A stretch of DNA of 64,000 nucleotides, taken from contig NC_057718.1 of NCBI RefSeq assembly GCF_004010195.1, positions 98,625,646 through 98,689,645 of the forward strand, in the 5' to 3' direction. Shown here piece after piece: positions 1 through 14,267 of the stretch. The translations under genes were made by a program, and so were the position numbers. The notes below the pieces were generated by a model, which saw only the letters and a program-made list of their open reading frames with translations, was not told the DNA's origin and ran no database searches. Within the stretch, counting starts at the first letter, position 1; every line of letters begins with the position of its first letter. This stretch comes from Chiloscyllium plagiosum (Eukaryota).

Positions 1-305
1 TAGATTAGATTTAGATTACATTACAGTGTGGAAACAGGCCCTTCGGCCCAACAAGTCCACACCGACCCGCCGAAGCGTAACCCACCCACCACATTTACCC
101 CTTACCTAACACTACGGGCAATTTAGCATGGCCAATTCACTTGACCTGCACATCTTTGGACTGTGGGAGGAAACCGGAGCAACCGGAGGAAACCCACGCA
201 GACACAGGGAGAACGTGCAAACTCCACACAGTCAGTCACCTGAGGCGGGAATTGAACCCAGGTCTCTGGTGCTGTGAGGCAGCAGTGCTAACCACCGTGC
301 CGCCC
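1..305 (-). mobile_element. HE1-like tRNA-derived SINE
   Basis: Pol III A/B box head at the right end; (AATCT)n tail at the left; many similar copies in the window. Confidence 0.88.
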
Positions 306-454
306 GGAACATTCGGAACATTTCAGAGAACATCTCTGGTACACATGCTTCACACAATCCCACCGTCCTGTGGCTGAACATTTCAACTCTACCTCCCACT
401 CCGCCAAGGGCATGCAAGTCCTGGGCCTCCTCCACTTATTGGATTGTAATGTGA

Positions 455-670
455 CAGCTGGTTAACTCAGTTGGCTGCATAGCAGGTTTGCAATGTAGAG
501 TAATGGCAATGGTGTGGCTTCAATTCCTGTACCAGCTGAGGTCACCATGAAGATCCTGCCTTTTTAACCTCGCCTCTCACCTGAGGCTGTCAGGTTAAAT
601 TCATCACCAGTTGTTTCTCTCCAATGAGACAGCACCCCAATGCCTCTTTGTGATCATGGTGATTTTACCA
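455..670 (+). mobile_element. Second tRNA-derived SINE family
   Basis: ctcagttgg...ttcaattcctgtaccagctgaggtcaccatgaag; related copies near 29190-29360 (-) and 62140-62420 (+). Confidence 0.65.
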
Positions 671-1959
671 TGTGGGTCAATCAGCTAAGATGTGAAAAGT
701 GAGCAGGATGTAGTGGAAGCTAAGAAATGGGTAGCAGAGTCTTAGAGGATTAAGGAGTTTAGAGCTTGCAATTTACACGAGCATCAGTTTGACTCTAGCT
801 ATATATCAAAGCAGTATGATCATAATGATGTTTTCTCCAAAAATATACTTCATTAACAGAATTTGTATAAGTACATTCCAAAACATTTCAGATTGGACAT
901 TACAGGAAGTGCGATTCAACTTTTCTCATGGACTCTGAGGCACTTAAATACAATTGGAATTCATGCTATATCGACCAAATATGTTCAATGATAAATATAT
1001 GCATGGAGGGGTTTTGTATGCTTTCCAGCCTTACAGTGCACTGTGTCTGAAAGATTTTGAACAGCAGCCTTTCCCCAGTGCACATTTGTGGTTGCTGCAC
1101 CATATTTTGCTGTGATTCTCAGCATCTAGTGCTTGACTTTAGAATGTGCCAGTCTGCAACACTCTTGTAAAGTGGTATCCCTCTTTACAATATTTTGCAA
1201 TTACTTCATATGGAGCATATCTTCAGTGCAACGCAAGTGCTCTGTTGGACATTAGAGGCACCCTGCAATCTTAAAAATAAAAGTTTTAATATTATCAGAA
1301 TGGGAATGCTGACACCCAAGCCCTGTAACATTAATAAAACAGCCCTGAGCCACCCTAGAGTGAAATGCTGCATGTGTGTTTATGCATATGCAGAGATTCT
1401 TCAGATTGGCCGACAGGGACATTCTTATTTTGGGTATGGCCATGAAGTTGGTGGTTGCCAATTAAGTTCCTTGTTACAGAGAGTGGTGGAGACAGATACC
1501 TTGTTTAATGTTAAGAAAGATAGATTCTTGATCAATTGGGGAATCAAGGTTTACAGGGAAAGTGCAGGAAAATGAGGAATGTTGGATTAGCCAGTTGAAT
1601 GGCAGAGCAAATTCAAGGGCTGAATGGCCTGCTCCTGTGTCTGTTTCATGTGGTCTTCTGGCTTTATTCATTGTGCCACTAACTTAGTGTCCTGTTATTG
1701 ATGAGATAGGACTATAATGAAGATGGGTGATCCCAATATTAATGTCTAATATTAAGTGGACATGTATATTATGTAATTAGACCATGTGATGACACTGGCA
1801 ATATAAAGTTCATTGCAAGTGCCAGGTATTCCGTCCATTTCCAAACTTGAAGTTGTCTCTGATAATTCCCAGCCAGCAGTCACTTGCAATGAACTTTATA
1901 TTTCCAGTGACATCACATGCTCTAATTACAGATTTCAAGTTATCAAAAGGCACCATCTA

Positions 1960-2312
1960 CGCTTCTCACTACCTCAGAAAGGCAACTAACATCATCAAAA
2001 ACCCCTCCCTGAATCGTTGTAATCCCTTCCAACCCCTTCCATCAGGCAGAAGATACAAAAGCTTAAAATCACATACCAACAGGTTCAGGAACAGCTTTTA
2101 TTTCTAGACTTCTGAATGGACCTCTAAAATTTCAAATCTAATGTTAATCTTGCTTTTTGTCCACCTGCTTTGCAGCCGTAACTTTGTATTCCTCACTCTG
2201 TTCAATCACCGTATGATTTTTATATGCTATGATCTGACTATTCTGCACGCGAAACAAAACTTTTCGCTGTACCTAGGTACATGAGACAGTAATAAATCAA
2301 ATCAAATCAAAT
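1960..2312 (+). mobile_element. Rex1-like LINE 3' end
   Basis: LPSGRRYKSLKSHTNRFRNSF motif; aataaatcaaatcaaatcaaa tail. Confidence 0.75.
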
Positions 2313-3054
2313 TATCCACAACCTTACATATTTTGCTAACAGTGGCATCCAGTAGATGGTGCTATCTGCATATAACCATGGCAGTTGATTATACTTGTGT
2401 ATCCTTTTCATTAAATACAGAGTAATTTCAAAGTTAAGCCTCAGACCCACAATTCCTTTTTTTTGAGGTTTAGTTGTTGTTGTTCCAAGCGATAGGGTTT
2501 GAGTTTGACTTGCAAATTATCTACACCAGAGTTCCACCAGTTCTCAAGTGAATGTATATTAAATTACTGGGGAACTGGGTACTGGCAGAAAATATGTCTG
2601 TCACCATAGATTTGGCTATTGGCAGGACAGAGAGGTTAACACCTGCAGTCCCAGAAATACAGCCATTTACAGCTGAATTGTAACTGATCTCAGTCTGCAT
2701 AAAATAGAAACTTTTTTCTTTCCTTCCAGTGATGGTTCAGTACTATAATGAAGATGGGTGATCCCAATATTAATGTCTAATATCGAGTGGACTTGTGTAT
2801 TATGTAGGGACACCTCAATTTATGAACATTCAACTTCTGAACACTATTACATATGTACGTGATCCCACACAGAGGTATAACTTTAAAGATATGACATACA
2901 TCATTGCCTGTACTTACAAACAGCTCCTTTACATTGTCCCGCATTATCCTCTAAATTGCTTGTTAATCGACTTGTAAACAAACTCCAGAATGGAACCCGT
3001 TTTCAACCTGGGGACTGCGTGTTTCTATATCTGTGTCCCTTGCCGCCACAAGAC

Positions 3055-3995
3055 ATATAAAACCTGTGCTCATACCTCGCCCCTTCACCTCTGTCCAAGG
3101 CGCCAAAGGATCCTTCCACATCCGGCAGAGATTTTCCTGCACATCCTGCTAATCTACTGTGTCCGTTACTCTCAATGTAGTCTTGTCTACATTGGGGAGA
3201 CAAGATGCAAACGTGTGGAATGTTTCAGGAAATATCCCTGGGACACATGCACCAAACAAGCCCTGTGAGCAGCCACTTCAAACTCCACCCACACTCCCCC
3301 CCACCACCCCCCAATCTTCCGCCTTGGGACCGTCTAACCACATAGCATCAGCGTTGACTTCACCAGTTTCCTTGTCTCCCCTTCCCTCACCTCATCCCAG
3401 ATCCTACCCTCAAACTCGTTACCACCCTCTTGAACTGTCCTACCTGTCCAATTTCCATCTCAGCAAGAGGCCCAGCAATCACTTTGCTAGCTTCCCACAG
3501 AGTTCTAGGGTACACCTGATCAGGTCCTGGGGACTTATCCACTTTTATCTGTGGTTGATCTGTATTTTACTCCATTTCACATTACCCTGTAGCCCTTAAC
3601 CTTTGACCTTGCAAAAACAATGCTTTTTAAATTTTCAATTCACCCAGTTTCAGCAGATGTTCTGAAGAATGTGTTCCAGATTTCCATACTCCTTTGTACG
3701 ATGAGGTACCTGCTGACATTATCCCTGACATTCTGTCAGTCTGATCTGAAGGTTGTTTCCATGCACCTTCCTCCCTGACCTACCACCATCACCCCCCCCC
3801 CCCCCCACCTGCATCACCTTACCGGTTACCTTCCTCTCAGCTCCACCTCCACTCTCCTATTTATCCATCAGCCCCCTTCCACGCCCATCCCCCAATATTC
3901 CTGATGAAGGACTTGTGCCCGAGCCATTGATTCTCCTGCTCCTCAGATGGTGCCTGACTTGCTGTGCTTTTCCAGTGCCGCACGTTTTGGAACTG
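3055..3995 (+). mobile_element. Penelope-like element fragments
   Basis: KTCAHTS...LIYCVRYSQCSLVYIGET (GIY-YIG endonuclease) and a terminal repeat near 3900. Confidence 0.75.
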
Positions 3996-5849
3996 GATCA
4001 ATGTCATGGAATGTCCACACGTAAATAAAGGGTGATTTGGTGGACGAGATACCAGCCTCTGTGGAGTTATTTCAATCTGTGCTCATGAGACAATCTCTCC
4101 AAACCTGGGAACTTTCTCGTGAACCATTTCTGAACTGGTTTTGATGAAATGACTTTCTGACTTTGAAAAGAACAAATCAATTTTCAAAGGACTGATAAAC
4201 TAAAATTCATTTCTCCTCCACTTTATAGCCTAAGTTCTCAAATAATAAGAATACTATTATAATGTGATGTAGTATAGTAAAGGCCATGTTCATCTTCAGG
4301 GCAAGGAATATGTTTGACTTCTTACAAATTTCTCATCCAGTGTATGTAGAGGCATGTGAATTAATCACCTCATAATCAATTACTTCTTATGGGAGCCATT
4401 TAATTCTTAAAAAGGTTCTTGTTAGTGCTAGAAATGTTAAATACCTGTACTATGCAGATATTTCTTTCTTCCAAACTTGTGAATCAGCAATGCTGAAAAA
4501 GGTGGCATAGAATATTAATTAATCATTACTGCCTTATTTAATAAACACAAACCTGTTTTGAAACATGCTATGGCATTTGATTGATACTGTAATGTATTGC
4601 AAATTACATTTTGCATTCACTTGAAGCTACTGTACTCACATAGTGTCATACAGCATGGAAACAGACCCTTCGGCCAACTTGTCCATGCCGGCCAAGTTTC
4701 CAGTCTCATTTGCCTGCATTTGGCCCATATCCCTCTGAACCTTTCTTATCCATGTGCCTATCCAAATATGCGAGAAATAATGAATACTTCAAGTTTTAAC
4801 ATCACATGTTGCAGTCCTGGTTAATAGTGAATATTGCTGGATCATATTGTTTCCTCTCAGGAACTTCACAAATACAGACCAAGACTTCTTCATGACCAGA
4901 TTTTCTCCCATACCCACAATTGGCCATATAATATCTTCAATATTTAGGCTATGTTTTCCATGAATGAAAGCAATGGATTATGTCCTAGGTTATAGGGCAT
5001 AGGTTTAACATGAGAGAGGAAAGATTTAAAAGGGACCTGAGGGGCAACCTTTTCATGCAGAGGCTGATGCGTGTATGGAATGAGCTGCCAGAGGAAGCAG
5101 TGGAAACGGTACAATTACAACATTAAAAAGGCATCTAGATAGGCAAATGAATAGAAAGGGTTTAGAAGAATATGGGCTAAATGCTGGCAAATCAAACTAG
5201 ATTAATTTAGGATATCTGGTTGTCATGGACAAATTGGACTGAGTGGTCTGTTTCCATGCTGTAGAGGTCTATGACTCTATGACCAAGACTACCCTGCTTT
5301 CCTCCAAGGCCTTTCTAAAGGTGTAATGCCTATAACTGCTCATAGTACTCCAGGTGTGATTTAACTAGGGCTTTGTATCGCTGAAACATGACTTCTGCCC
5401 CATGTATTTTAGTTCCCTAGATATAAAGGAGAGGATTCCATTGATCCTTTTGGTCATTTTCTGTACTCATCCATGACATTTAATGATTTTTAACACGTCC
5501 CCCCACACAGTCTCATTGGTCCGTAATTGTTTCAAGCTCTTTAGGAGCTTTAATTTTTTTTTTGTTTTTATTTTACTTTCAGCTTTAAAGTGGGTGATCT
5601 CACATTTCTGTAAACTGAAATCCATTTGGCACAATTTTTCCCATTCTGCTAATCCATTAACTATCATCATCCAAAAAGCTTAAGTGTCACCTACCTTTGT
5701 GTTGTCAGCAAGTATGTATATTTAGTTTTCTTTCCCATCATCTAAGTCATTAATTAATTCAATACATAATTGAGGCCACATTGGAAGTGTGCACAGAAGA
5801 CATACAGATTTTGTTTCCAAAGAACACCTGGAGTTCACTCATCAGAACC

Positions 5850-6155
5850 CCTACAATCTGGAAACAGACCACTCAGTCCAATTTGGCCCAACAAATCCCT
5901 ATTGACCCTCTGAAGAGCATTCCACCCAAATCTAATGCAAACATCCCTGAACACTATGGGTAATTTGGCATGGCTAATCCACCTAGCTTGCACATCCTTG
6001 GACTGTGCAAAGAAACCAGCGCACTTGATGGAAACACAAGCAAATGTGGGGAGAACACACAAATTCCATACAGAGATTCATCCGAGGCGAGGCTGGGATC
6101 GAACCCAGGTTCCTAGCACTATGAGGCAGCAGTGCTAATCACAGAACCACCATGC
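5850..6155 (-). mobile_element. HE1-like SINE (diverged)
   Basis: Similar to 1-305. Confidence 0.8.
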
Positions 6156-6295
6156 CATTCGCAGTGGTATGATGGAGCCAAACGTCACAACCTTGCAATC
6201 TTTTAAATCATTTACAACCATTTACCAACCAGAGGATGGCTTCTTCTCAAAACTGGCAACTGTGAAGGCACAATACCACTTCGTAACTGACTATT

Positions 6296-7910
6296 TGAAT
6301 TTGAATTGAATTCATTGTCACATGTACTGAGGCACAGTGAAAAGCTTTGTCTTGCGAGCAATACAGGCAGATCACAGAGTTAAGTAGCATAGGTAAGTAA
6401 ATAATAGATAAACAGCAGCAAAAACACAGGTACAGGCGAATGCTTGTGAGTCCATTCAGTATTCTAACAACAGCAGGGTAGAATCTGTTTCGAAACTGGC
6501 TTGTGCGTGGGTGTTCAGGCTTCTGTACCTTCTCCGCGATGGTAGAAGTTGTAGATAAACACTGCCAGAGTGGGATGGATCTTTGAGAATGCTGACGATC
6601 TTTCCTTGACAGGGGGCCTGGTAGATGGTTACTATAGATGGAAGGTTGGCCTTTGTGATTGTCCGGGCCGAGTTCACCACACTCTCTGATCTTGAGTGGT
6701 ACAGTTGCCATACCAGGTAGTAATGCATCCACACAGAAGGCTCTCGATGGCACACCTATAAAAGTTGGCAAGGGTATTCGCCATCATGTCAAATTTCCTC
6801 AGCTGCCTGAGGAAGAAGAGACATTGTTGGATCTTTGTAACCAGTGCGTCCACATGAAGAGTCCAAGAAAGCTTTTTGTGGATGACCACTCCCAGAAGCT
6901 TGACACTCTCCACTTATTCCACCTGTGTGCTGTTAATGTGCAGGGGGCATGAGTAACATCCCGCCGAAAGTCAGTAATGAGTTCCTTGGTTTTGCTGGCA
7001 TTAAAAGCTAGGTTGTTCTCAGTGCACCATTTTTACAGATCGTCCACCTCCCGTCTGAGATTCAACCAACTATGGTGGTTTCATCAGCAAACTTGTAAAT
7101 GGCATTAGTCTGGTATTCGCCAATGCAGTCATGGGCATACAGTGAGTACAGTAGGGAGCTGAGTATGCACTCCTGGGGGGCTCCAATGTTGAGTGTTAGT
7201 GAGGATGAAATATTGTCCCCAGTCTTCACTGATTGTGGCCTGTGTGTCAAGAAACTGAGGATCCATTGCAGAGAGTGGGCCGAAGTCCGAGATCGCTAAG
7301 TTCAGTAATCAGTCTCGAGGGGATAACAGTGGTGAAGGCTGAACTGTAGTCAATGAGTAGGATTCTTACGTGGCTGTTCTTGATGTCAAGATGTTCTGGG
7401 GAGGAGTGAAGGGCAAGTGATATGGCATCTGACATGGATCTGTTGGTCTGATAGGCAAATTGGAGTGAGTCAAGAGTAGTGGGGAGGCTGGAGTTGATTA
7501 ATGCCACAACCAGCCTTTCAAAGCACTTCATGACCACTGAAGTTTTGGCCACTGGGCGGTAGTCATTGAGACATGCTGCATGAGCCTTCTTAGACACACG
7601 GATGATGTTGGCCTGTTGAAACAGGCAGGGACAGCGGCCTGCTGCAGGGAGAGGTTGAAGATGTCTGAGAAGACCTCTGCCAATTGTTCTGCACATTCTC
7701 TGAGTGCACGGCCTGGTACTCTGTCTGGTCCCATTGCTTTCCTTGGATTCACACAAAGGAAAACTGATCTGATATCTGGTGCAGTGACTGTTGGGATAGG
7801 TTTGTCAGGACTTGTTGGAATCGATGTTACCTCTCTGCCGAAATTCTGCTCAAAGCGAGCATTGAAGGTGTTGAGACGATTGGGAGGGATGTGTCATCGT
7901 CTGCTATCTT
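6296..7910 (-). mobile_element. Rex1/Babar-clade LINE, 5'-truncated (RT)
   Basis: PRKAMGPDRVPGRALRECAEQLA...LNDYRPVA...LIDYSSAF...GAPQ...KFADETT...; (ATTCAA)n tail. Confidence 0.88.
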
Positions 7911-9339
7911 GCACTGTCTCAGACTATTGCCTGAAAGTCAGAATATCCACCATAAATTATTCCAAAGCTGTCACAAATGTCTTTGATTCTGTAATACCTT
8001 TTAGGTCGCATTGTTTTCCTATGCTTGCATCTCATGACTTTCCATGGGGCAGCCAGTATTTTTATTTCAAAGAGAGGATTAGAAACATTTGCAGATCACT
8101 TAAGGATTGAAATGAAGAAATTAGAAGTGAAGGTGCGTGATGATTTTGATGCCTACAAATTCTGTATGTTTTATTTTTGAGAAAGTGAAGCTGAATTGCA
8201 TACTGTAAATGCAATTGCTTCCTGTAAGTCAACGTCATCAAGCCTGGCAACTATTCAACTTCAACAAGCATTGTATCTGTACAAACAGCTGATGAGGTCA
8301 ATCTGGGACAGATTGAGTGATGCTGCAAAAGGCTGCCTACAGCAAAGAGTATGTGAAAGCATTGATGCACAGCAGGAATACTTCAGCATTGCATAGGAAA
8401 ATGCTCATGAAGTTACTAATATAATCGAGGATTCCCTATGATCAAAAAAAACCTCAGAAACATTACATTATTGGTGGTTTGGCTGTTCTTTTCATTCTTA
8501 AACTCATGTCTGCTTGCCTCTTTGACGCTGCCTCGAATGCAATTTTTTAATGTAAAATGTGGCATAAACATTCAAAACAACAGACTTTGTAACAATGAGG
8601 TTCTGCTAGAACTATGTTCTATTGGCTTTTTGCCAATGAGGCATGGGCAGCAAATGTTGGCCTTCCTCCAGATGTACATTGCAAATGAAAGTACAGTGAA
8701 AAATATTGCACGTTATTCCCCCATTGTTAAAAACTCACAAATTATTGCATGATGTTTTCTTCTAATGATCTGTACCATTATAAGGGTTATTCCTGATGAA
8801 GGGCTTATGCCCGAAAGGTCAACTCTCCTGCTCCTCGGATGCTGTGCTTTTCCAGCGCCACACTTTTCAACTCTTATTCATTGAAAGTAGGAAGAAGAAT
8901 AGTATGCTATTACTGGACAAGTAATCCGAAGGCCAGAACGAGTGTTTTTGTAATGTGAGTTCAAATCCCGTCAGAATAGCAGAGGTAATTTGAATCCAAG
9001 GAATTGATAGCTAATCTCAAATTGTGTAAAAACCATCAGATTTGCTAATAATCTGAAGGAAGAAAATCTGCCATCCTTACCTGGTGTGGCCCACACGTGA
9101 CTTGAATCCACAGCAATGTAGTTGACTCTTAACTGCCCCCCGACATAACTTGGAAAGCCACTCAGTTCATGGCCAATGAGGCATGGGCAGCAAATGCTGG
9201 CCTTCCCCCAGATGTACACTCCAAATGAAAGTACAGTGAAAAAAATTGCACATTATTCCCCCATTGTTAAAAACTCATATATTATTGCATGATGTTTTCT
9301 TCTAATAGATGGATGGCTTCTTTAGAATAGTGGACAGAG

Positions 9340-11316
9340 GCTTATACACAAAAGTGTAAAGACATGGATGATATAGAATGTAGGGAAATACATGGTGACA
9401 TCTTGAAAAATGTCCATATTATAGAGAAGTAAGTGCTGGATGTCTTGATACACACAAAAGTGGATAAATCCCCAGGACCTCATCAGGTGTACCCTAGAAC
9501 TCTATGGGAAACCAAGGAAGTGATTGCTGGGCCTCTTACTGAGATATTTGTATCATTGATAGTCACAGGTGAGGTCCGGAATATTGGAAGTTGGCAATCT
9601 GGTGTCACTGTTTAAGAAAGGTGGTAAGGACAAGACAGGGGACTATAGACCAGTGAGCCTGACATCGGTGGTGGGCATGTTATTGGAGGGAATCGTGAAG
9701 GACAGGGTGTACATGTATTTGGAAAGGAAAGGACTGATTAGGGATAGTCAACATGGCTTTGTGCATGGGAAGTCATGTCTCGTTTTTTGAAGAAGTAACA
9801 AAGAGAATTGATGAGGGCAGAACGGTGGGCGTGATCAATATGGACTTCAGTAAGGCGTTTGACAAGGTTCCCCATGGGAGACTGGTTAGCAAGGTTAGAT
9901 CTCATGGAATACAAAGAGAACTAGCCACTTGAATATAGCATTGGCTCAAAAGTAGAAGACAGAGAGTGGTGGTGGAGGGTTGTTTTTAAGACTGGAGGCC
10001 TGTGACCAGTGGAGTGCCACAAGGATCGGTGCTGGATCCACTACTTTTTGTCATTTATATAAATGATTTGGATTTGAACATAGGAGGTATAGTTAGTAAG
10101 TTTGCAGATGACACCAAAATTGGATATGTAGTGGACAGCGAAGAAGGTTACTTCAGTTTACAACAGGATATAGATCAGATGGGCCAATGGGCTGAGAAGT
10201 GGCATATGAAATTTAAATTAGATAAATGTGAGGTGCTGCATTTTGGGAAAGCAAAACTTAGCAAGACTTATACACTTAATTCCTGATGAAGGGCTTTTGC
10301 CTGAAATGTCAATTTTTCTGCTCCTCGGTTGCTGCCTGACCTGCTGTGCTTTTCAAGCATCACTCTAATCTTGACTTAATGGTAAGGTCTTAGGGAATGT
10401 TGCTGAACAAAGAGACCTTGGAGTGCAGGTTCATCTCTCCTTGAAAGTTGAGTCGCAGGTAGATAGGATAGTGAAGAAGGTGTTTGGTATGCTTTCCTTT
10501 ATTGCAAGTTTTGTGACCTTTATTGGTTAGAGTATTGAGTACAGGAGTTGAGAGGTCATATTGCGGCTATACGGGACATTGGTTAGGCCACTTTTGGAAT
10601 ATTGTGTGCAGTTCTGGTCTCCTTCTATCAGAAAGATGTTGTGAAACTTGTAAGGGTTCAGAAAAGATTTACAAGGATGGTTGCCAGTGCTTGGAGGACT
10701 AGAGGTTGAATAGGCTGGGGCTGTTTTCCCTGTAGCGTTGGAGGCTGAGGGGTGACCTTATAGAGGTTTACAAAATCATGAGGGGCATGGATAGGATAAA
10801 AAGTCTCTTCACTGGGGTGGGGGACTCAAGAACTAGAGGGCATAGGTTTAGGGTGAAAAGGGAGAGATATAAAAGAGACCTCAGGGGCAACTTTTTCATG
10901 TAGAGGATGGTACATGTGTGGAATGAGCTGCCAGAGGAAGTGGTGGAGGCTGGTACAATTGCAACATTTAAAAGGCATCTAGATGGGTGTATGAATAGGA
11001 AGTGTTTGGAGGGATACAGACTGGGTGCTGGCAGGTGGGACTAGATTGGGTTGGCATGGACGTGTTGGACCGAGCGGTCTGTTTCCATGCTGTGCATCTC
11101 TATGACTCTAGGATGGTACATGTGTGGAATGAGCTGCCAGAGGAAGTGGTGGAGGCTGGTACAATTGCAACATTTAAAAGGCATCTAGATGGGTGTGTGA
11201 ATAGGAAGTGTTTGGAGGGATACAGACTGGGTGCTGGCAGGTGGGACTAGATTGCGTTGGCATGGACGTGTTGGACCGAACGGTCTGTTTCCATGCTGTG
11301 CATCTCTATGACTCTA
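9340..11316 (+). mobile_element. CR1 LINE (RT to 3' end) with a short Penelope insert at 10281-10380 and a tandemly duplicated 3' end
   Basis: [29 protein letters not shown] motifs; ctatgactcta tail; insert flanked by acttaat repeats. Confidence 0.92.
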
Positions 11317-13545
11317 TTCATTTGCTAATGTAATACGATTAGCTTTAATTTGGCATTAACCAGTTCTTAAAAGCGTGTTTGCCCCATTGAATTGCTCTGT
11401 TGTTACAGGACACAAGATCAGATCACATTTTTAGTTGAGTCATTACATTTGCATTAACGGGAGCTGGCTTTTTACACTGGCCTTCTCGAATCTATTAAGT
11501 TCCTCCATCATGGAAAGTAGTATAAAACGATTGAATGTGCAGATATTTCAGTAAAATATCACACATATCATACAAACAATGATAGTTTGACATCTGTAAT
11601 TCTATGTGGGTATGGAATTGATTGATTTACACTTGACAAAAGCTGAGTTGATGGCTACAGGTGTTTATTGGAGCAGGAGAATCGACGTTTATGCCCGAAA
11701 AGTCGATTCTCCTGCTCCTTGGATGCTGCCTGATCTGCTGCACTTTTCCAGCAACACATTTTTCAGCTCTGATCTCCAGCATCTGCAGTCCTAACTTTCT
11801 TCACGGGTGTTTATTGACAAGTAATGTATATGGTGTGAATAGAAGAACGAACATTGAGGGGATGTAAGGCTATTTTGATCTTTAGTACCTTTTAACACAG
11901 CTAGGATGGTACAGACCATTGGTCTGAAGTAATAACACAGAAGTTTCTATCATGTACCTACCTTTTAAATAAAATTAGGTGATATTCAAAATAATAGGGA
12001 AGGTATTATTGGTTTACTGCATTCAGCAGGAGACTCTAATTCTAGCTTAATATCTCCTGCCTCTCTTCTGATTTTCTTTTCTTTTGTGATACACAAATTC
12101 CCTGCAGAATGAGGGCTAGTAAAGGTATTAATCTTTCGTGCCAATAAGTTGTGGTGCGTGACAGCCAGTTACTGTAAATTAGATCTTTTTCACCATTCCC
12201 TTTGCCAAGCTGTGCTCTTACTTAGAGCATGTGTCTTATATTTCACTTTCCATATGCAATACCTTATGTAGTATATATTGGACTTAATTTCCCATTGATT
12301 AGCTTGTTGCAAACTCTGTCATGCTTTCTTTATGCCAACTTTGCTCCTTTGGACCCTCAATTTCCTTGGCTTGGTGTCATGCATAACGAGATGAGCAGCA
12401 GATAATTTTGTGGGGGAGCTCGATGAACCTCATAGAGAGAAACCCTCAGTGAAACTCACTGAAACTCCCAAAGTCTGGGGAGAATTCCGCTCCATTTAAC
12501 AGAAAAAACTTGGCTGTTCTTTTTTTTGGACCCCTTACTCGTTACACCGTTGGTGAAGGCAGCTGCAGTGCCATGAATGGTTTCTGAATCTAGATAAAGG
12601 ACATGGTTTGATGAAGTTCCAGTGAGTCACAAGCCTTGAGAGCAGATTGGAATTGGACGAGACGTGAAGGAAGTTAATAGAGGAAGGAAAATTTTTTAAA
12701 TAATTATTAAAACCAAATGTGGCACTTTGTATGTTAAATCAAATTGTGAATTTAAGCCATTTGAACAAGAAACTATCTTGTTATTTGAACAGCTCAATTG
12801 GTCATAATATCTTATATGTTGCTTACTGTATGCCCATGTGAGGGAGAATTTTAACAGATTTCAGTATTTTCAAATGCCAGCAATAATTTTAACCTTGTCT
12901 GCTTGGTTAAAATTATCATGGGACTTGTCGGACAAGGTCCTATTGAAATCTGTCATGGAGCCATAGAGATATACTGCACGGAAACAGACCCTTTGGTCCA
13001 ACTCGTCCATGCCAACCAGATATCCTAACCTAATCTAGACTTATTTTCCAGGACTTAGCCCATATCCCTCCAAACCCTTCTTATTGATATACCCATCCAG
13101 ATGCCTTTCAAATGTTGTAACTGTACCAGCCTCCAATGCTTCCTCTGGCAGTGATCCATTTTTAAAAAATTCTCTCATGGGATGAGGGCGTCACTAACTA
13201 GGCTAGCGGGCATCCAGCAGACATCCAGTTGCCCATTTCAGAGGGCAATTGAGAGTCAACCACATTGCTGTGGATATGGAGTCACATATATTCCAGACCG
13301 GGTAAGGATGGCAGTTTCCTTTCCAAAGTGGAGGTACCAGGTGTGTTGGACTGGAGTGGACAAGGTCAAAAGTCACATGACATCAGGTTATAGTCAAACA
13401 GGTGTATTTGAAATCAGAAGCATTCGGAGTGCTGCCCCTTTGTCAGGGGGTGAATAGAGCACCCAGGCACAGACTTTACAATCAGAGAGATCAAAAGATC
13501 ATGCAAATGGTATGAGTGGAATGTCGAAAGGCCAAATAATAGGTC

Positions 13546-14265
13546 TGCTAGTGTGGATGAAATGATATCAGTCCTAGCCCAGAGTGCGGTTCAACAATCG
13601 GTAACGTTTATTGCTACAGTAACGCCGGCAGAGACCAACCGAGGTCCGAATCTCAGCTGCTCTCCTGTTCCCGCGCGCTGCTACATATTATATACTTTTA
13701 ATTGTCAGGATGTGTGGAATTTGAGGATGAATGGGATGATAGTTCCCTATCATCACTGGAGTAGGTGCAAATAGAATGTTTCCTGCCGTCCCAGGAGAGT
13801 TGCAGGGCACGCACAATAGCGTGCTAATTGGTTTATGTAAAACGGGTCCATGTATTATCTGCTTGTCTCTCTCTGTGAGGGCAGGGGCTAGCACCCCCCT
13901 TTGTTCCCTTGGGGTGTTGGTGTGTATTGGCCTATCCGTTCCTGTCTGGTGGATGCCTGTCCTTTGTGTCAGGGTGGTTCCATATCGATGGATATGGGTG
14001 TGTTTCAGTCAGTCTCTTGATGTGATTAGGAGATGGGTTTCCATATTAATTAATTGGTCTATGAGTCATGGGTAGTGTTGGTATAGTGTGGATTTTATCT
14101 GTCCTCTGTCTCCTATCTCCCGGTCACGTGGGCGGACCGGCAGCTGCTGAGTTCTGTGGGCTTAAAGCTGCGACTGTTGTTTAAAACACAAAATGAATTC
14201 CTATAGTTTCCTGATGTAGGCATAGCCCCGTGGCAAAAGCAGGGCGGCTCTGATGCCCGCTTGCA
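13546..14265 (-). repeat. 3' LTR (720 bp)
   Basis: Starts with TG right after PPT+AC; TATA-like tatataa near 13690; AATAAA at 13607-13612; ends CA next to the TSD. Confidence 0.88.
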
Positions 14266-14267
14266 GT

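Noticed and set aside
2711..2762. Strong plus-strand acceptor followed by MVQYYNEDG*
   Set aside because: No partner exon or recognisable protein in the window
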